A DNA stretch of 64,000 bases from Ignavibacteriota bacterium (GTDB lineage: Bacteria > Bacteroidota > Ignavibacteria > UBA10030 > SZUA-254), in contig JACREZ010000002.1 in the NCBI GenBank assembly GCA_016212665.1, positions 15,509 through 79,508 of the forward strand, given 5' to 3'. The position numbers and the translations under genes are program-made. This document shows positions 8,464 through 18,476 of the stretch, piece by piece. Numbering within the stretch: position 1 is the stretch's first letter; each line of letters opens with the position of its first letter. The notes below the pieces were generated by a model that saw only the letters and a list, made by a program, of their open reading frames with translations, did not search any database and had not been told where the DNA came from.

Positions 8464-11400
8464 ATGAAACGATTCTTTCTCCTTGCCACCTCCCTTTCCT
8501 GTTTTCTTGCAACATTAGTCTTGTTGTTTACAAGTACTCAAATGCAATTTGTACAAGTTCATCAACCGCAAAAGACCGGGCGTTCGGGCGCACTTGAAGC
8601 GTTGGAATTCTGGACGGCATCGCGCGCCTATCCTGATGCCGATATTTCATCTAACAAATTTTACAGCGGATTTGAACAATCAAAAAAATGGATGAAGGAA
8701 ATTCCCAACACGCCATTCTCTGATTACGATTGGCAATTCATTGGACCGGTGAATCTTGCCGGACGAACGATTGCACTCGCACTGAATCCCATTAATGGAA
8801 ATACCTTATGGGCAGGTTCTGCAAGCGGCGGGTTGTGGCGTTCGCCTACAGGCGGTGTCGGAGGAAATTGGGAACGAGTGAAGATTGGCTATCCGGTTCT
8901 TGGTGTGAATGCAGTTGCGATAGATAAAAATGATACGAACACAATTTATATCGGAACGGGAGAAGTGTATCGTTATGTCGCGGCTTCGGGTGGAACCGTT
9001 ATTCGAACAACACGTGGAAGTTACGGCATGGGAATTTTGAAAACGACTGACAATGGTGAGACATGGACAAAGGTGTTGGATTGGTCATACAATCAACAAC
9101 AAGGCGTACAAGTTATTAAAATTAATCCGCTAAACTCAAATACAGTTTGGGCAGGAACAACAGCCGGAGTTTATAAAAGCACAGACGCTGGCTTGACTTG
9201 GACAAACACTGTCGCTCTCCCGGCAATGGATTTAGTTGTTCATCTAACTGATTCAAATAAAGTCATTGCTTCTTGTGGTAACTTTGGGTATGCAGCCACG
9301 GTCATTCGTACTTCCGATGGCGGAATGAATTGGGAGAATCTGATTTTTCCTGACTATCTGGGAAAAACAATGCTGGGAATTTCGGAATCAAATCCTGATA
9401 TAGTGTATGCAAGTGTCGGTGATGACAGCACAAACGGAACAGGTTCGCTCTGGAAAACCACAGATTTCGGTTTGAGTTGGAACGAACAAAGCAATAGTTC
9501 AACACATGGCATTTGGGGTGTACAAGGTTGGTACTCGCATTATGTTGCTGTACATCCAACAACACCGGATCTGCTCGTTCATGCAGTCGTTGGAATGGGA
9601 CGTTCTACGAATGGTGGAGTTAATTTTTCCGGCGCATCTTCTTATTCAGACCATCATGCATTCGCACTTCATCCAACCAATCCGAATATATTATATGATG
9701 CAAATGACAACGGGATTTACCGTTCGACAAATTTCGGACAGTCATTTGTTCACGTAAGCAGTGGTTACAACACAGGGCAATTCTATAACGGCTTTTCAAA
9801 TTCAACAACTGATTCATTACTCTCCATCGGACAAGTGCAAGACCATATCCCCGGGTATATGTACTCCGGCAGTACAAATTGGACTCGAAGCGCAATGGAT
9901 GAAGTCGGCTGGACAGGAATTAATCCTTCAAATGATAATATCATGTATGCTGCTTGGAGAGGCGGGAGTAATATTTATCGTTCTACAAATCGCGGCGTTT
10001 CGTTTTCAAATGTGCAAAGTTTTGGAACGACCGGCGCATGGAACGCGCCTTTTGTTATTGCTCCCTCAAATTCGAGTGTAGTTTATTTTGGAAAACAAAA
10101 AGTCTATAAAACGACAGACGGCGGCACAAGTTGGACAGCGACTAACAGCAATACGAATATTGATGGAAACCCAACGCTCTCGATGGGAATTTCAAAAACA
10201 AACGATAATGTCGTGTACATCGGAACCGCGCCATACACAACACGAGCGCAAGTTTGGAAGACGGTGAACGGAGGAACAAGTTGGCAAAACATTACCGGCA
10301 CACTCCCCGACCGGTATCCGAATGATATTACTGTAGACCCGAATAATTCCAACTCGGCGTATATTGCTTTTGGCGGATTTGGAACAGGGCATTTTTATAA
10401 AACAACCGATGGCGGCACTTCATGGACAAACATCACCGGAATTTTACCGGATGTTCCCGGCACGGCTGTAATGGTTGACCCGTTGAATTCAAATAATGTA
10501 TTTGCGGGAAATGATATCGGAGTGTTTATTTCGACTGATGCCGGTACCACATGGAATAATTTTTCTGACGGATTACCCGATGCGGTTCTTGTTTCGGATA
10601 TTACATATTCTCCATCCAATCGTATCCTCCGTGTTGCTACACATGGCAATGGCGTATTTGAGCGAAAACTTCCTTCTGCCTTTCCTTCTGTGTTTTTGAA
10701 TTTTCCCAATGGAAACGAATTATGGGAAGCAACTTCAACTCAATTAATTGAATGGTCACCATTGGTCGTTTCAAATGTAAATTTGGAATACTCAACCGAT
10801 AACGGTTCTTCATGGATAACAATTGCAGATAATGTTCCTTCTACACCGTCAAATTACACATGGAATGTTCCTACAACATTAACAACCTCTGCTTTGATAA
10901 AAATAAGTTCAGCAGAAAATCCGGCTGTCTTTGATTTGTCTGATGCATCATTCACAATTTATTTCGCAGGCGCGATTGTTTCTCCAAGCGCGGGATGGAA
11001 TCTTGTTTCCCTACCTTTAACGTTTGAAGACCGAAGAAAGACAACCCTCTTCCCGACAGCTGTTTCATCGGCGATTGAGTTCAACGGTTCTTATAATCAA
11101 AAAGATACCTTGCTCAACGGAATCGGGTACTGGCTAAAGTTTAGTGAATCGCAAGCAGTTATTATGCGCGGAGATTCGGTACATTCAGATACGATAGAAA
11201 TTCAAGAAGGATGGAACATCATCGGGGGAATCAGTTCTCCGGTTTCTGTTTCATCAATCATCGAAGAACCATCGAATTTGCTCTCAACGGATTTCTTCGC
11301 ATATAATTATGGTTATGAAAACGCGCTTACAATTGAGCCGGGGAAAGGATATTGGGTGAAAGCAAATTCAAGCGGAATAATAATTCTGAATGATGCTTTA

Positions 11401-12084
11401 ACATTCCAACATTCTTCACACAAACAGGATTATCAAACCACATGCAATCGTCTTACGATTCGTGATGCGAGAGGAAATAAGCAAATCTTGTATTTTGGCA
11501 ACGCAAATCAACAAGTGAACAACCAAAGCGCAGAACTTCCTCCTTTGCCTCCTGCCGGAATATTTGATGTTCGTTTTACGTCACAACAATCTCTTGCATT
11601 GGCTGATGAAAACGGACACTCGAAGTTCCCTATTCATTTATCCTCTGTACACTATCCGATTACAATTTCTTGGGAAATAATTGAGAAGAATTCTATAAAC
11701 TGGATGTTACATTCAAATGGAAATATTTTTGTACTTGATGGAACAGGTTCCACTATTTTATCTGAGGAAGAAACAAGTAACCTTCAATTACAGGCTGAAG
11801 TAAACGCCATTGCAATTCCGGCACAAACCCGGTTGCTCCAGAACTTCCCGAATCCGTTCAACCCGCAAACGACAATTCGATTTGAACTTGGGGAAAAATC
11901 ATTCGTTACTGTAAAAATCTTTGACGCACTTGGACGGCAGGTTGCCAATCTGATTGAAAACGAGTTGGAATCCGGCTACCATGAAGTTACTTGGAACGCC
12001 ACTGAATATCCTTCAGGAATATATATTGTTCAACTTCAGAACAGTAATCTTTCATTCCAAACAAGGATTCTGCTCTTAAAGTAG
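8464..12084 (+). CDS. Secreted BNR/VPS10-type beta-propeller protein with T9SS type A C-terminal domain
   Basis: Signal peptide MKRFFLL; many (S/T)xDxGxxW repeats; PNGNELW Ig-like domain; GWNLVSLP repeats; C-terminal QNFPNPFNPQTTIRF...SGIY...LLK. Confidence 0.88.
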   Translation: MKRFFLLATSLSCFLATLVLLFTSTQMQFVQVHQPQKTGRSGALEALEFWTASRAYPDADISSNKFYSGFEQSKKWMKEIPNTPFSDYDWQFIGPVNLAGRTIALALNPINGNTLWAGSASGGLWRSPTGGVGGNWERVKIGYPVLGVNAVAIDKNDTNTIYIGTGEVYRYVAASGGTVIRTTRGSYGMGILKTTDNGETWTKVLDWSYNQQQGVQVIKINPLNSNTVWAGTTAGVYKSTDAGLTWTNTVALPAMDLVVHLTDSNKVIASCGNFGYAATVIRTSDGGMNWENLIFPDYLGKTMLGISESNPDIVYASVGDDSTNGTGSLWKTTDFGLSWNEQSNSSTHGIWGVQGWYSHYVAVHPTTPDLLVHAVVGMGRSTNGGVNFSGASSYSDHHAFALHPTNPNILYDANDNGIYRSTNFGQSFVHVSSGYNTGQFYNGFSNSTTDSLLSIGQVQDHIPGYMYSGSTNWTRSAMDEVGWTGINPSNDNIMYAAWRGGSNIYRSTNRGVSFSNVQSFGTTGAWNAPFVIAPSNSSVVYFGKQKVYKTTDGGTSWTATNSNTNIDGNPTLSMGISKTNDNVVYIGTAPYTTRAQVWKTVNGGTSWQNITGTLPDRYPNDITVDPNNSNSAYIAFGGFGTGHFYKTTDGGTSWTNITGILPDVPGTAVMVDPLNSNNVFAGNDIGVFISTDAGTTWNNFSDGLPDAVLVSDITYSPSNRILRVATHGNGVFERKLPSAFPSVFLNFPNGNELWEATSTQLIEWSPLVVSNVNLEYSTDNGSSWITIADNVPSTPSNYTWNVPTTLTTSALIKISSAENPAVFDLSDASFTIYFAGAIVSPSAGWNLVSLPLTFEDRRKTTLFPTAVSSAIEFNGSYNQKDTLLNGIGYWLKFSESQAVIMRGDSVHSDTIEIQEGWNIIGGISSPVSVSSIIEEPSNLLSTDFFAYNYGYENALTIEPGKGYWVKANSSGIIILNDALTFQHSSHKQDYQTTCNRLTIRDARGNKQILYFGNANQQVNNQSAELPPLPPAGIFDVRFTSQQSLALADENGHSKFPIHLSSVHYPITISWEIIEKNSINWMLHSNGNIFVLDGTGSTILSEEETSNLQLQAEVNAIAIPAQTRLLQNFPNPFNPQTTIRFELGEKSFVTVKIFDALGRQVANLIENELESGYHEVTWNATEYPSGIYIVQLQNSNLSFQTRILLLK

Positions 12085-12114
12085 TGATTTGACGCACCCG
12101 TACAGGGGAGTCTA

Positions 12115-12144
12115 TTGACTTATTATCAGATATTATCTTATATT
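12115..12144 (+). promoter_or_regulatory. Putative sigma70-type promoter of the pilin-like operon
   Basis: TTGACT-N18-TATATT about 80 nt before ATG 12223. Confidence 0.45.
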
Positions 12145-12222
12145 TACCTCGGATTTTATCAGGAATACTTTTTAGGATAATTTCCTTAATAATTAGGGTT
12201 TATTTATAGAAAAAGCACAGCT

Positions 12223-12813
12223 ATGGGTAATAACATATTAATTACGGTCGGCTCTCTCATTGTTTTGGGATTGTTCACCTTATCATCGAATACGATGATA
12301 ACGCAGAATACCCAAATAATGTTACAGAGTGAACATTATATCACTGCAATTGCGCTCGCTCAGTCTGTTATTGACGAAGCGAAAACCAAATCGTTCGATG
12401 AAAAGAGCACGAACAAGAACATTGTAAAGCCGGAATCCTTAACTACGTCCACCAATTTTGGAAGCGATGGGACAGGAGAACTTGTTGGCGTTGACTATGT
12501 GGATTTATACACGGAAAAAAAAGAATTTCAAGAGCGAACAACATATTACCTCAAAGAGCAAATTCTCCCATCATCTTCTACCCCCCAATCACAACTCAGG
12601 TTCGATGATGTTGATGATTACAATTATTACACACGCGTAGTGAGAACCCCGAGCAGTGGAATGGATACCATTCGCACGTCGGTTACGTACGCAAGTGTCA
12701 CGTATCCGGATTCAAGTAAAACAACGGCATCATTTTGTAAAAAAATGAAGGTTGTTATTTCCGGTCAATACTTGCCAAGACCCTTTGTCATGGAATATGC
12801 TTATATCTATTGA
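12223..12813 (+). CDS. Hypothetical protein, PilV/MshD-like minor pilin-like
   Basis: N-terminal hydrophobic helix, AIALAQSVIDEAK..FD helix and FDDVDDYN motif resembling MshD-type pilins. Confidence 0.55.
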   Translation: MGNNILITVGSLIVLGLFTLSSNTMITQNTQIMLQSEHYITAIALAQSVIDEAKTKSFDEKSTNKNIVKPESLTTSTNFGSDGTGELVGVDYVDLYTEKKEFQERTTYYLKEQILPSSSTPQSQLRFDDVDDYNYYTRVVRTPSSGMDTIRTSVTYASVTYPDSSKTTASFCKKMKVVISGQYLPRPFVMEYAYIY

Positions 12814-12822
12814 GGTCATGCT

Positions 12823-13398
12823 ATGAGTACTATGCTCGATATCATCGGTTCGATTATCATTGGCGGTGTTGTAATGCTGATGGTGTTAAATGTAAACTCG
12901 AACTTTGTAACGCTGCAAGGAAAACAAGCCCTCTCAAAAGTAGTACAATCCAATGCAACTGCCGCGGCTGAACTTGTCGAACATGATTTCCGTAAAATCG
13001 GTTATCGCTGTACCGATTCTATAAAACTTAGTCTTATGGATTCAAGTAGGATTACCGCACTCGGTGATTTTGATGACAACGGCTCCATTGATAGCATCAG
13101 ATACTACTTCGACAATGTAACTCCTGTGTACGCATCACCTGCGAATAAAGATATACGGATGCTGTACCGGGTCTTTAATAACCAGGTTCCCTCTCCTATT
13201 AATTTAGGATTTACACGATTTCGACTCTGGTATTTTGATTCATCTGAAAGTGAAACATCTGTTCGTTCAAATGTCCGTTCAATAAAAGTCGCATTTCAAT
13301 TTGCGAGTCCTTACAAATATGAAACCACTGCTCAGTACGATACAAATTTTTACACGTTGTATTGGGAGCGTATTGTTAAACCAAAAAATTTAAAGTGA
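12823..13398 (+). CDS. Hypothetical protein, PilW-like minor pilin-like
   Basis: MSTMLDIIGSIIIGGVVMLMVL N-terminus, EHDFRKIGY (compare PilW DxRxAGY), C-terminal VKPKNL. Confidence 0.55.
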   Translation: MSTMLDIIGSIIIGGVVMLMVLNVNSNFVTLQGKQALSKVVQSNATAAAELVEHDFRKIGYRCTDSIKLSLMDSSRITALGDFDDNGSIDSIRYYFDNVTPVYASPANKDIRMLYRVFNNQVPSPINLGFTRFRLWYFDSSESETSVRSNVRSIKVAFQFASPYKYETTAQYDTNFYTLYWERIVKPKNLK

Positions 13399-13401
13399 TT
13401 T

Positions 13402-14541
13402 ATGCAAGGTCGTTCATTAGCAATAATACTTAGTGGAGTGATTGCAATCGGAAGTTACATTCAGTACAACATGTTGCAATCGAATAAGCGTCTAACCGAA
13501 AATGTACTCAACTACACTTCACGCCAGACGGCACAGAACATTGCGCAGACAGGCGTTTATATGGGACTCAGGAAACTTGCTGAAAACCGAAATTGGCGCG
13601 CAGGATATAAGAACCTCCCTTTAATGGGTGGAAATCTAACCGTAAGAATTGTTGACACAGTCTTTAATGGTAAAAATGTAATTGGAGTACTTGCCAGCGC
13701 AAAGATGCCTTACAGTACATGGACCGATTCTTCAGAACGATTGCCGGACACTGTCGGGAATAGTCGTGCATATCTTCCCAAAGGGTTTATCCCGGCATCA
13801 GTCAAAGCCGCAATTACCGCAAACAATCCCATTGTAACCTTAGGAACTCTAACCACCGACGGAAGAGACCACGATCTCGAAGGTTCTAAAATGATTCCGA
13901 ATCAAGGAACACTTGGGATATGGACTACGAAAACGTATGACCAAAGAGGCGATTCACATACAGGAGGTACTGATTCCGCGTCACGTGTTGATTATGAACC
14001 GGATAAACCTGCTCATGTGAAAACTTTCAAAACATTCGGTGTTTGGCCCGGCGGTTACCCCGGAACTCCCGATAGTATTCTCGGCGGACCATCAATGGGA
14101 TTTCCTGAAGGAACACTGAAAGCTATTGCAATGAGCGGAATAAACGGTAGTCAATATACGACGAACCCGGCAACGCTTAAGTATCCCCTCAGTGGTGTGA
14201 CGTATGTTGAGTTAGCGAACGCGGGGAGATGGATAGCGGCGGATGTTGAGGGTGAAGGAATTTTAGTTGTGCACAATGCATGGAAGAATGCCAGTATCGA
14301 AGAATGGAAAACGAAACAAACATTTAGAGGGTTAGTCATTTGCGATGACCCCTATCGAATACATTCGACAGTAGTTGGCGCTATCGTAGGGTTATCACCC
14401 TCCATCTCGCGTGGTAATTGTATTGGAAATGGAACCGGAAATATTCTTTTTTCAAATGAAGCAATTGCGACCGCAACAGGTTCTATCATTGGTAATGCCG
14501 GAGGTCCGTGCGATGCTCAAGTCCTTGCATGGTGGGAATAA
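13402..14541 (+). CDS. Hypothetical protein, PilX-like
   Basis: N-terminal hydrophobic segment, then TAQNIAQTGVYMGL (PilX N-terminal A..AE.G-like); C-terminal GEGILVV/FRGLVI repeats. Confidence 0.55.
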   Translation: MQGRSLAIILSGVIAIGSYIQYNMLQSNKRLTENVLNYTSRQTAQNIAQTGVYMGLRKLAENRNWRAGYKNLPLMGGNLTVRIVDTVFNGKNVIGVLASAKMPYSTWTDSSERLPDTVGNSRAYLPKGFIPASVKAAITANNPIVTLGTLTTDGRDHDLEGSKMIPNQGTLGIWTTKTYDQRGDSHTGGTDSASRVDYEPDKPAHVKTFKTFGVWPGGYPGTPDSILGGPSMGFPEGTLKAIAMSGINGSQYTTNPATLKYPLSGVTYVELANAGRWIAADVEGEGILVVHNAWKNASIEEWKTKQTFRGLVICDDPYRIHSTVVGAIVGLSPSISRGNCIGNGTGNILFSNEAIATATGSIIGNAGGPCDAQVLAWWE

Positions 14542-14583
14542 TATTTTTGTAATTTATTTGTCACTTATTAGGGTACTCATATT

Positions 14584-15534
14584 ATGAAAAAAACAATTCA
14601 ATTCATTTCAAGCATCATTCTTCTCTCTTTGTTGTTCACTTCTTTGAGTATATCTCAGGATGTCTGGAAAAAAACAGGGGGACCGAACGCAGGCTATGTC
14701 TTCTCTCTCGCATTAGATTCCAGCGGGCATATCTTTGCAGGAACAGGGGCAAACGGTGTTTTCCATTTAGTTCCCGGCGCTTCATGGAAACAAATCAGTT
14801 CTGAACTCTCGAATTCTGTTGCGTACGCAGTTGCTGTTGATTTTGACGGACACTTATTTACCGGAACCGATGACGGTGTTTACATGTCGAAAGATGATGG
14901 AGGAAAATGGTCTGAAGTAAGTTCAGGTTTGAAGAACACTTACATCAATTGCATGACGGTTAACAGAACCAAGGAAATTATCTTCGCAGGAACGGCAGGT
15001 GGCGGAGTTTTTCGCTCATTTGATGGTGGATATACTTGGAAGGAAGGTAACAGCGGACTTGACGATAAGGTTGTTTTATGTTTGTCTTTTGATAAAGATG
15101 GTCACATTTACGCTGGAACAGACAAAATGGGAATTTTTCGTTCTGCAGACAACGGGAGCACATGGCAAAATGTCAGTTCAGGATTACCTGTTGCAAGTAT
15201 TCTATCGTTGACTGTAAATAATAAAAATATGATTTTTGCAGGTACGCGAGAGGGATTATATCGCTCTCAGAGCGATGGAAGAACATGGTCAAAACTTACC
15301 AAGGGACTGCAAGCTACCTCTTTTTATTCACTGACATTTTGCAAGCATGGAACCACGTATGTGGGTACAGATAAAGGAATCTTTCGTTCGGAAGATAATG
15401 GTGATTCCTGGGAAACAGATGAAATCGGGATCCCGGATGTTGCTATAATATCGATGGTGACGGACGATAGAGACTACATCTACGCAGGAACCGACAAAGG
15501 GGAAGTCTTCTTTCATACATTTGAAGACCATTAA
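14584..15534 (+). CDS. Secreted BNR-repeat beta-propeller protein
   Basis: Sec signal peptide; about 7 repeats of IFAGT..G(V/I)FxSxDxGxxW; no T9SS CTD. Confidence 0.8.
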   Translation: MKKTIQFISSIILLSLLFTSLSISQDVWKKTGGPNAGYVFSLALDSSGHIFAGTGANGVFHLVPGASWKQISSELSNSVAYAVAVDFDGHLFTGTDDGVYMSKDDGGKWSEVSSGLKNTYINCMTVNRTKEIIFAGTAGGGVFRSFDGGYTWKEGNSGLDDKVVLCLSFDKDGHIYAGTDKMGIFRSADNGSTWQNVSSGLPVASILSLTVNNKNMIFAGTREGLYRSQSDGRTWSKLTKGLQATSFYSLTFCKHGTTYVGTDKGIFRSEDNGDSWETDEIGIPDVAIISMVTDDRDYIYAGTDKGEVFFHTFEDH

Positions 15535-15556
15535 AAATATTTTTTGATACCAGAAG

Positions 15557-15594
15557 AAGCGGACTACAGAACAATCTGTAGCCCGCTTTTTTTT
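15557..15594 (+). terminator. Intrinsic terminator
   Basis: AAGCGGACTACAGA-ACAA-TCTGTAGCCCGCTT stem running into T8. Confidence 0.8.
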
Positions 15595-15636
15595 ATGTTT
15601 CTTAATGTCACAAGAATTCCTTATACTTGCTCGCGC

Positions 15637-15972
15637 ATGAATCATCAGCGACCACATATTTTGGTTCTCTTAACGCTTTGCTTTGTCATTTCCCTTATTT
15701 GGTGTGGTGACATTAGTTGCCTTAATGGAACAAGCGAAGAGAATTGTTCTTCGTTATTGTGCAATCTTTCTGGAAATCATTCTTCAAATGCCGATAGATC
15801 GCGAAACAATAGTGTAGATAATTGTACATGTGTTTGTCACACTCCTACAGTAATAGGACAATTATGGGGTGTTACATTCCCTCTTAGTTCACAAAATTAT
15901 TTTCCTGAATTTACTTTTCACATCCCCTCATCTCCTAACCGGCTTCTTTATCGCCCGCCGTTAGCCGCGTAA
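15637..15972 (+). CDS. Small Cys/His-rich exported protein (CzcI-like position)
   Basis: N-terminal hydrophobic helix, CTCVCH motif, C-terminal LYRPP; directly upstream of the efflux operon; start moved to ATG 15637. Confidence 0.6.
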   Translation: MNHQRPHILVLLTLCFVISLIWCGDISCLNGTSEENCSSLLCNLSGNHSSNADRSRNNSVDNCTCVCHTPTVIGQLWGVTFPLSSQNYFPEFTFHIPSSPNRLLYRPPLAA

Positions 15973-16059
15973 CTGCCTCCCCCTTTACTCGAAGTGATTC
16001 CCTCACTTTGAGCACTTTTTACTTTCACTGATTTTCAAAACTAATTAAGAGGTTTTGCC

Positions 16060-17322
16060 TTGAAAAGGTATATCCCATTTGTGGGATGGCTTTCTCTATT
16101 TTTGTTCATGCAATTGCAAGGACAAGAAGTGAAAAAGTTATCCCTGCATGATGCTCTTGAGTTTGCGCTCAAGAATAATCCTAACTTACTTAAAGCCGAG
16201 AAGGAAATTGACGCGGCGAACGGAAGAATCTTACAATCAGGAAAAATCCCCAATCCTGAATTTTCCATCGCTGTGAACGAAACTCCATCAGGCATCAATT
16301 TCGGTTCTTCAAACGAGCAGGATATTTCTCTCTCCCAGGAGATTGAGTATCCAACCAAAAGAAACTGGAGAATTGATATTGCAGTAACAGAAAAACAACT
16401 GACGCAACTTGAACTTGCCCGCACAAAGATTCTTCTCACTGGCGAAGTGAAGCAAGCATATTACCACGCTTACTTTGCTAAGAAACAAATTGACTTTCTT
16501 CAACAACAACTTGTTTTGCTCGATGACGTGCAAACAACATTGACCTCCCAATATCAAACGAACAACATCAACTACCTTGATATCATCAGAATGAAAGTCG
16601 AACGGACAAGGTTGTCAAACGATATCAACGAAGCAAGACGTGAATATCGGGTCCGGTTAAACGCTCTTACCATTCTCATCGGTTACCAATCTGATGAGAA
16701 TGTGGAAGTAAGTGATAGCATCGCATTTATGCCGGTGAAATTACAACAAGATTCCCTTGTCACCTCTTTGATGGGACAAAGCATAACGCTGAACATTGCA
16801 AAGCAATCCATTCAACGTGAGCAACAATCCCTTTCCCTTGCAAAGACAAGTTACCTGCCGGATTTCTCTGTCGGGATTTCTCACCAACGAAGGAGAGAAC
16901 TCAATGGCTTCAATAACAATCTGTGGGGAATTGAATTGAAAGCATCTCTTCCCTTCTGGTCGTGGTATGAACCGAAGGGACAGGTTGAAGAAGCAACTGC
17001 AAGAACTTCCATCGCTGAAGAAAATTTGAAAGCAGTTGAACGGAATATTCGGACTCGGATAAAGAACTCATTCGATTTTGTCCAAACAACGGAACAACAA
17101 ATTCGTTCGTTCGATGAATCACTACTCAGAGATGCCAAAGATATTCTCTCAATAGCAATAACACAATATCAGAACAACCAAATAGACATACTGAACGTGT
17201 TGGATATTTACAGAACATATCTCTCGACGAATATTGAATATGCCCGCGCGTTGCTGAACTATGCCATCGCTCTTGCTGAACTGGAAACATCGGCGGAATT
17301 ACCAAATGAACAACAATTTTGA
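16060..17322 (+). CDS. czcC: TolC/CzcC family outer-membrane efflux protein
   Basis: LSLHDALEFALKNNP, PNPEFS, YLPDFS, QYQNNQIDILNVLD. Confidence 0.88.
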   Translation: MKRYIPFVGWLSLFLFMQLQGQEVKKLSLHDALEFALKNNPNLLKAEKEIDAANGRILQSGKIPNPEFSIAVNETPSGINFGSSNEQDISLSQEIEYPTKRNWRIDIAVTEKQLTQLELARTKILLTGEVKQAYYHAYFAKKQIDFLQQQLVLLDDVQTTLTSQYQTNNINYLDIIRMKVERTRLSNDINEARREYRVRLNALTILIGYQSDENVEVSDSIAFMPVKLQQDSLVTSLMGQSITLNIAKQSIQREQQSLSLAKTSYLPDFSVGISHQRRRELNGFNNNLWGIELKASLPFWSWYEPKGQVEEATARTSIAEENLKAVERNIRTRIKNSFDFVQTTEQQIRSFDESLLRDAKDILSIAITQYQNNQIDILNVLDIYRTYLSTNIEYARALLNYAIALAELETSAELPNEQQF

Positions 17323-17334
17323 AATGGAGTTACA

Positions 17335-18462
17335 ATGAATATCATATATCAATCTAAAATACTTCTCTCACTTCTGTTTCTTTTATTCATGCTATTGCTT
17401 GGATGTGGAAAACGGGAACAGGAACAATCGGAAATGGAACATGGGGAACACGAATCTGAATTCTCAGAAAACACGACGGTCCATCTCGATATGCACAAAG
17501 TGTATCACGCTGGAATCAAAGTGGAAACGGTGGAAAAGAAATCCGTTGCCATTCCACTGACTATCCCCGGAAAAGTCAGTTTCAATGAACGAAAGCAGGC
17601 ACACATCACCTCACGGCTCGCCGGACGCATTGAGCACGTTTATGCGTTCACGAATGATAATGTCACTGAAAGCGAAGTACTTGCCGAACTTTTCAGTCAG
17701 GAGTTTCTCACAATGCAGTCTGAATTTCTTCAAGTCGTGGCGAGATTGAACCGTCTCGGGCAATCCGGTGAAGATAACACGACAACAAAAGCGCTCTACG
17801 AGTCGTCGAAAAAGAAATTGAAAATCGTAGGTCTTACAGAAAATGAATTGAAAGAATTAGAAACATCACTAACTCCTCAATCTCTTTATCGGATTCACGC
17901 TCCGTTCAAGGGGACGGTGCTTGAGAGTAAAATCAAACTTGGTTCGTATGTTGAACTTGGAACTGAATTGTTTGATTATGCCGACCTTTCGACGGTTTGG
18001 ATTCTTGCAGATGTTTTTGAGAACAACCTTCCTTACATCAAAACAGGTATGCGCGCAACAATCGAAGTCAGCGCGTTCCCGGAAGTGTTTGAAGGAACAA
18101 TTAATTCGGTGTATAACGTCGTTGATGAAAATACGCGAACTGTTAAAGCGCGCATCGAAGTACAAAACACATCGGGAAAATTAAAACCCGAAATGTTCTG
18201 CACGGTAAAAATTCAAACATCGCTTGGGAACGAGACAATTAAGATTCCTGAAAGCGCGTTGCTCGGGGAAACAGAAAAGCATTTTGTTTTCATCGCGCTG
18301 AATGATTCAACATTTGAGAAGCGGGATGTTCGCACAGGTGTGGAAACTCGTGAATTTGCTGAAGTCATGGATGGATTACTCGTCGGTGAAAAAATAGTGG
18401 TCAAAGGCGGATTCTTTTTGAAATCCGAGTTGGCAAAAGAAACCTTTGGCGAAGAACATTAA
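17335..18462 (+). CDS. czcB: CzcB/CusB family periplasmic adaptor lipoprotein
   Basis: Lipobox LLGC, His/Glu-rich N-terminus, APFKGTV, ADLSTVW, TRTVKAR, LKPEMF. Confidence 0.88.
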   Translation: MNIIYQSKILLSLLFLLFMLLLGCGKREQEQSEMEHGEHESEFSENTTVHLDMHKVYHAGIKVETVEKKSVAIPLTIPGKVSFNERKQAHITSRLAGRIEHVYAFTNDNVTESEVLAELFSQEFLTMQSEFLQVVARLNRLGQSGEDNTTTKALYESSKKKLKIVGLTENELKELETSLTPQSLYRIHAPFKGTVLESKIKLGSYVELGTELFDYADLSTVWILADVFENNLPYIKTGMRATIEVSAFPEVFEGTINSVYNVVDENTRTVKARIEVQNTSGKLKPEMFCTVKIQTSLGNETIKIPESALLGETEKHFVFIALNDSTFEKRDVRTGVETREFAEVMDGLLVGEKIVVKGGFFLKSELAKETFGEEH

Positions 18463-18476
18463 GAGAGGAATGACTT

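Noticed and set aside
8464..12084. Internal repeats of the large secreted protein
   Set aside because: Protein-level BNR propeller repeats typical of this family, not DNA repeat elements.
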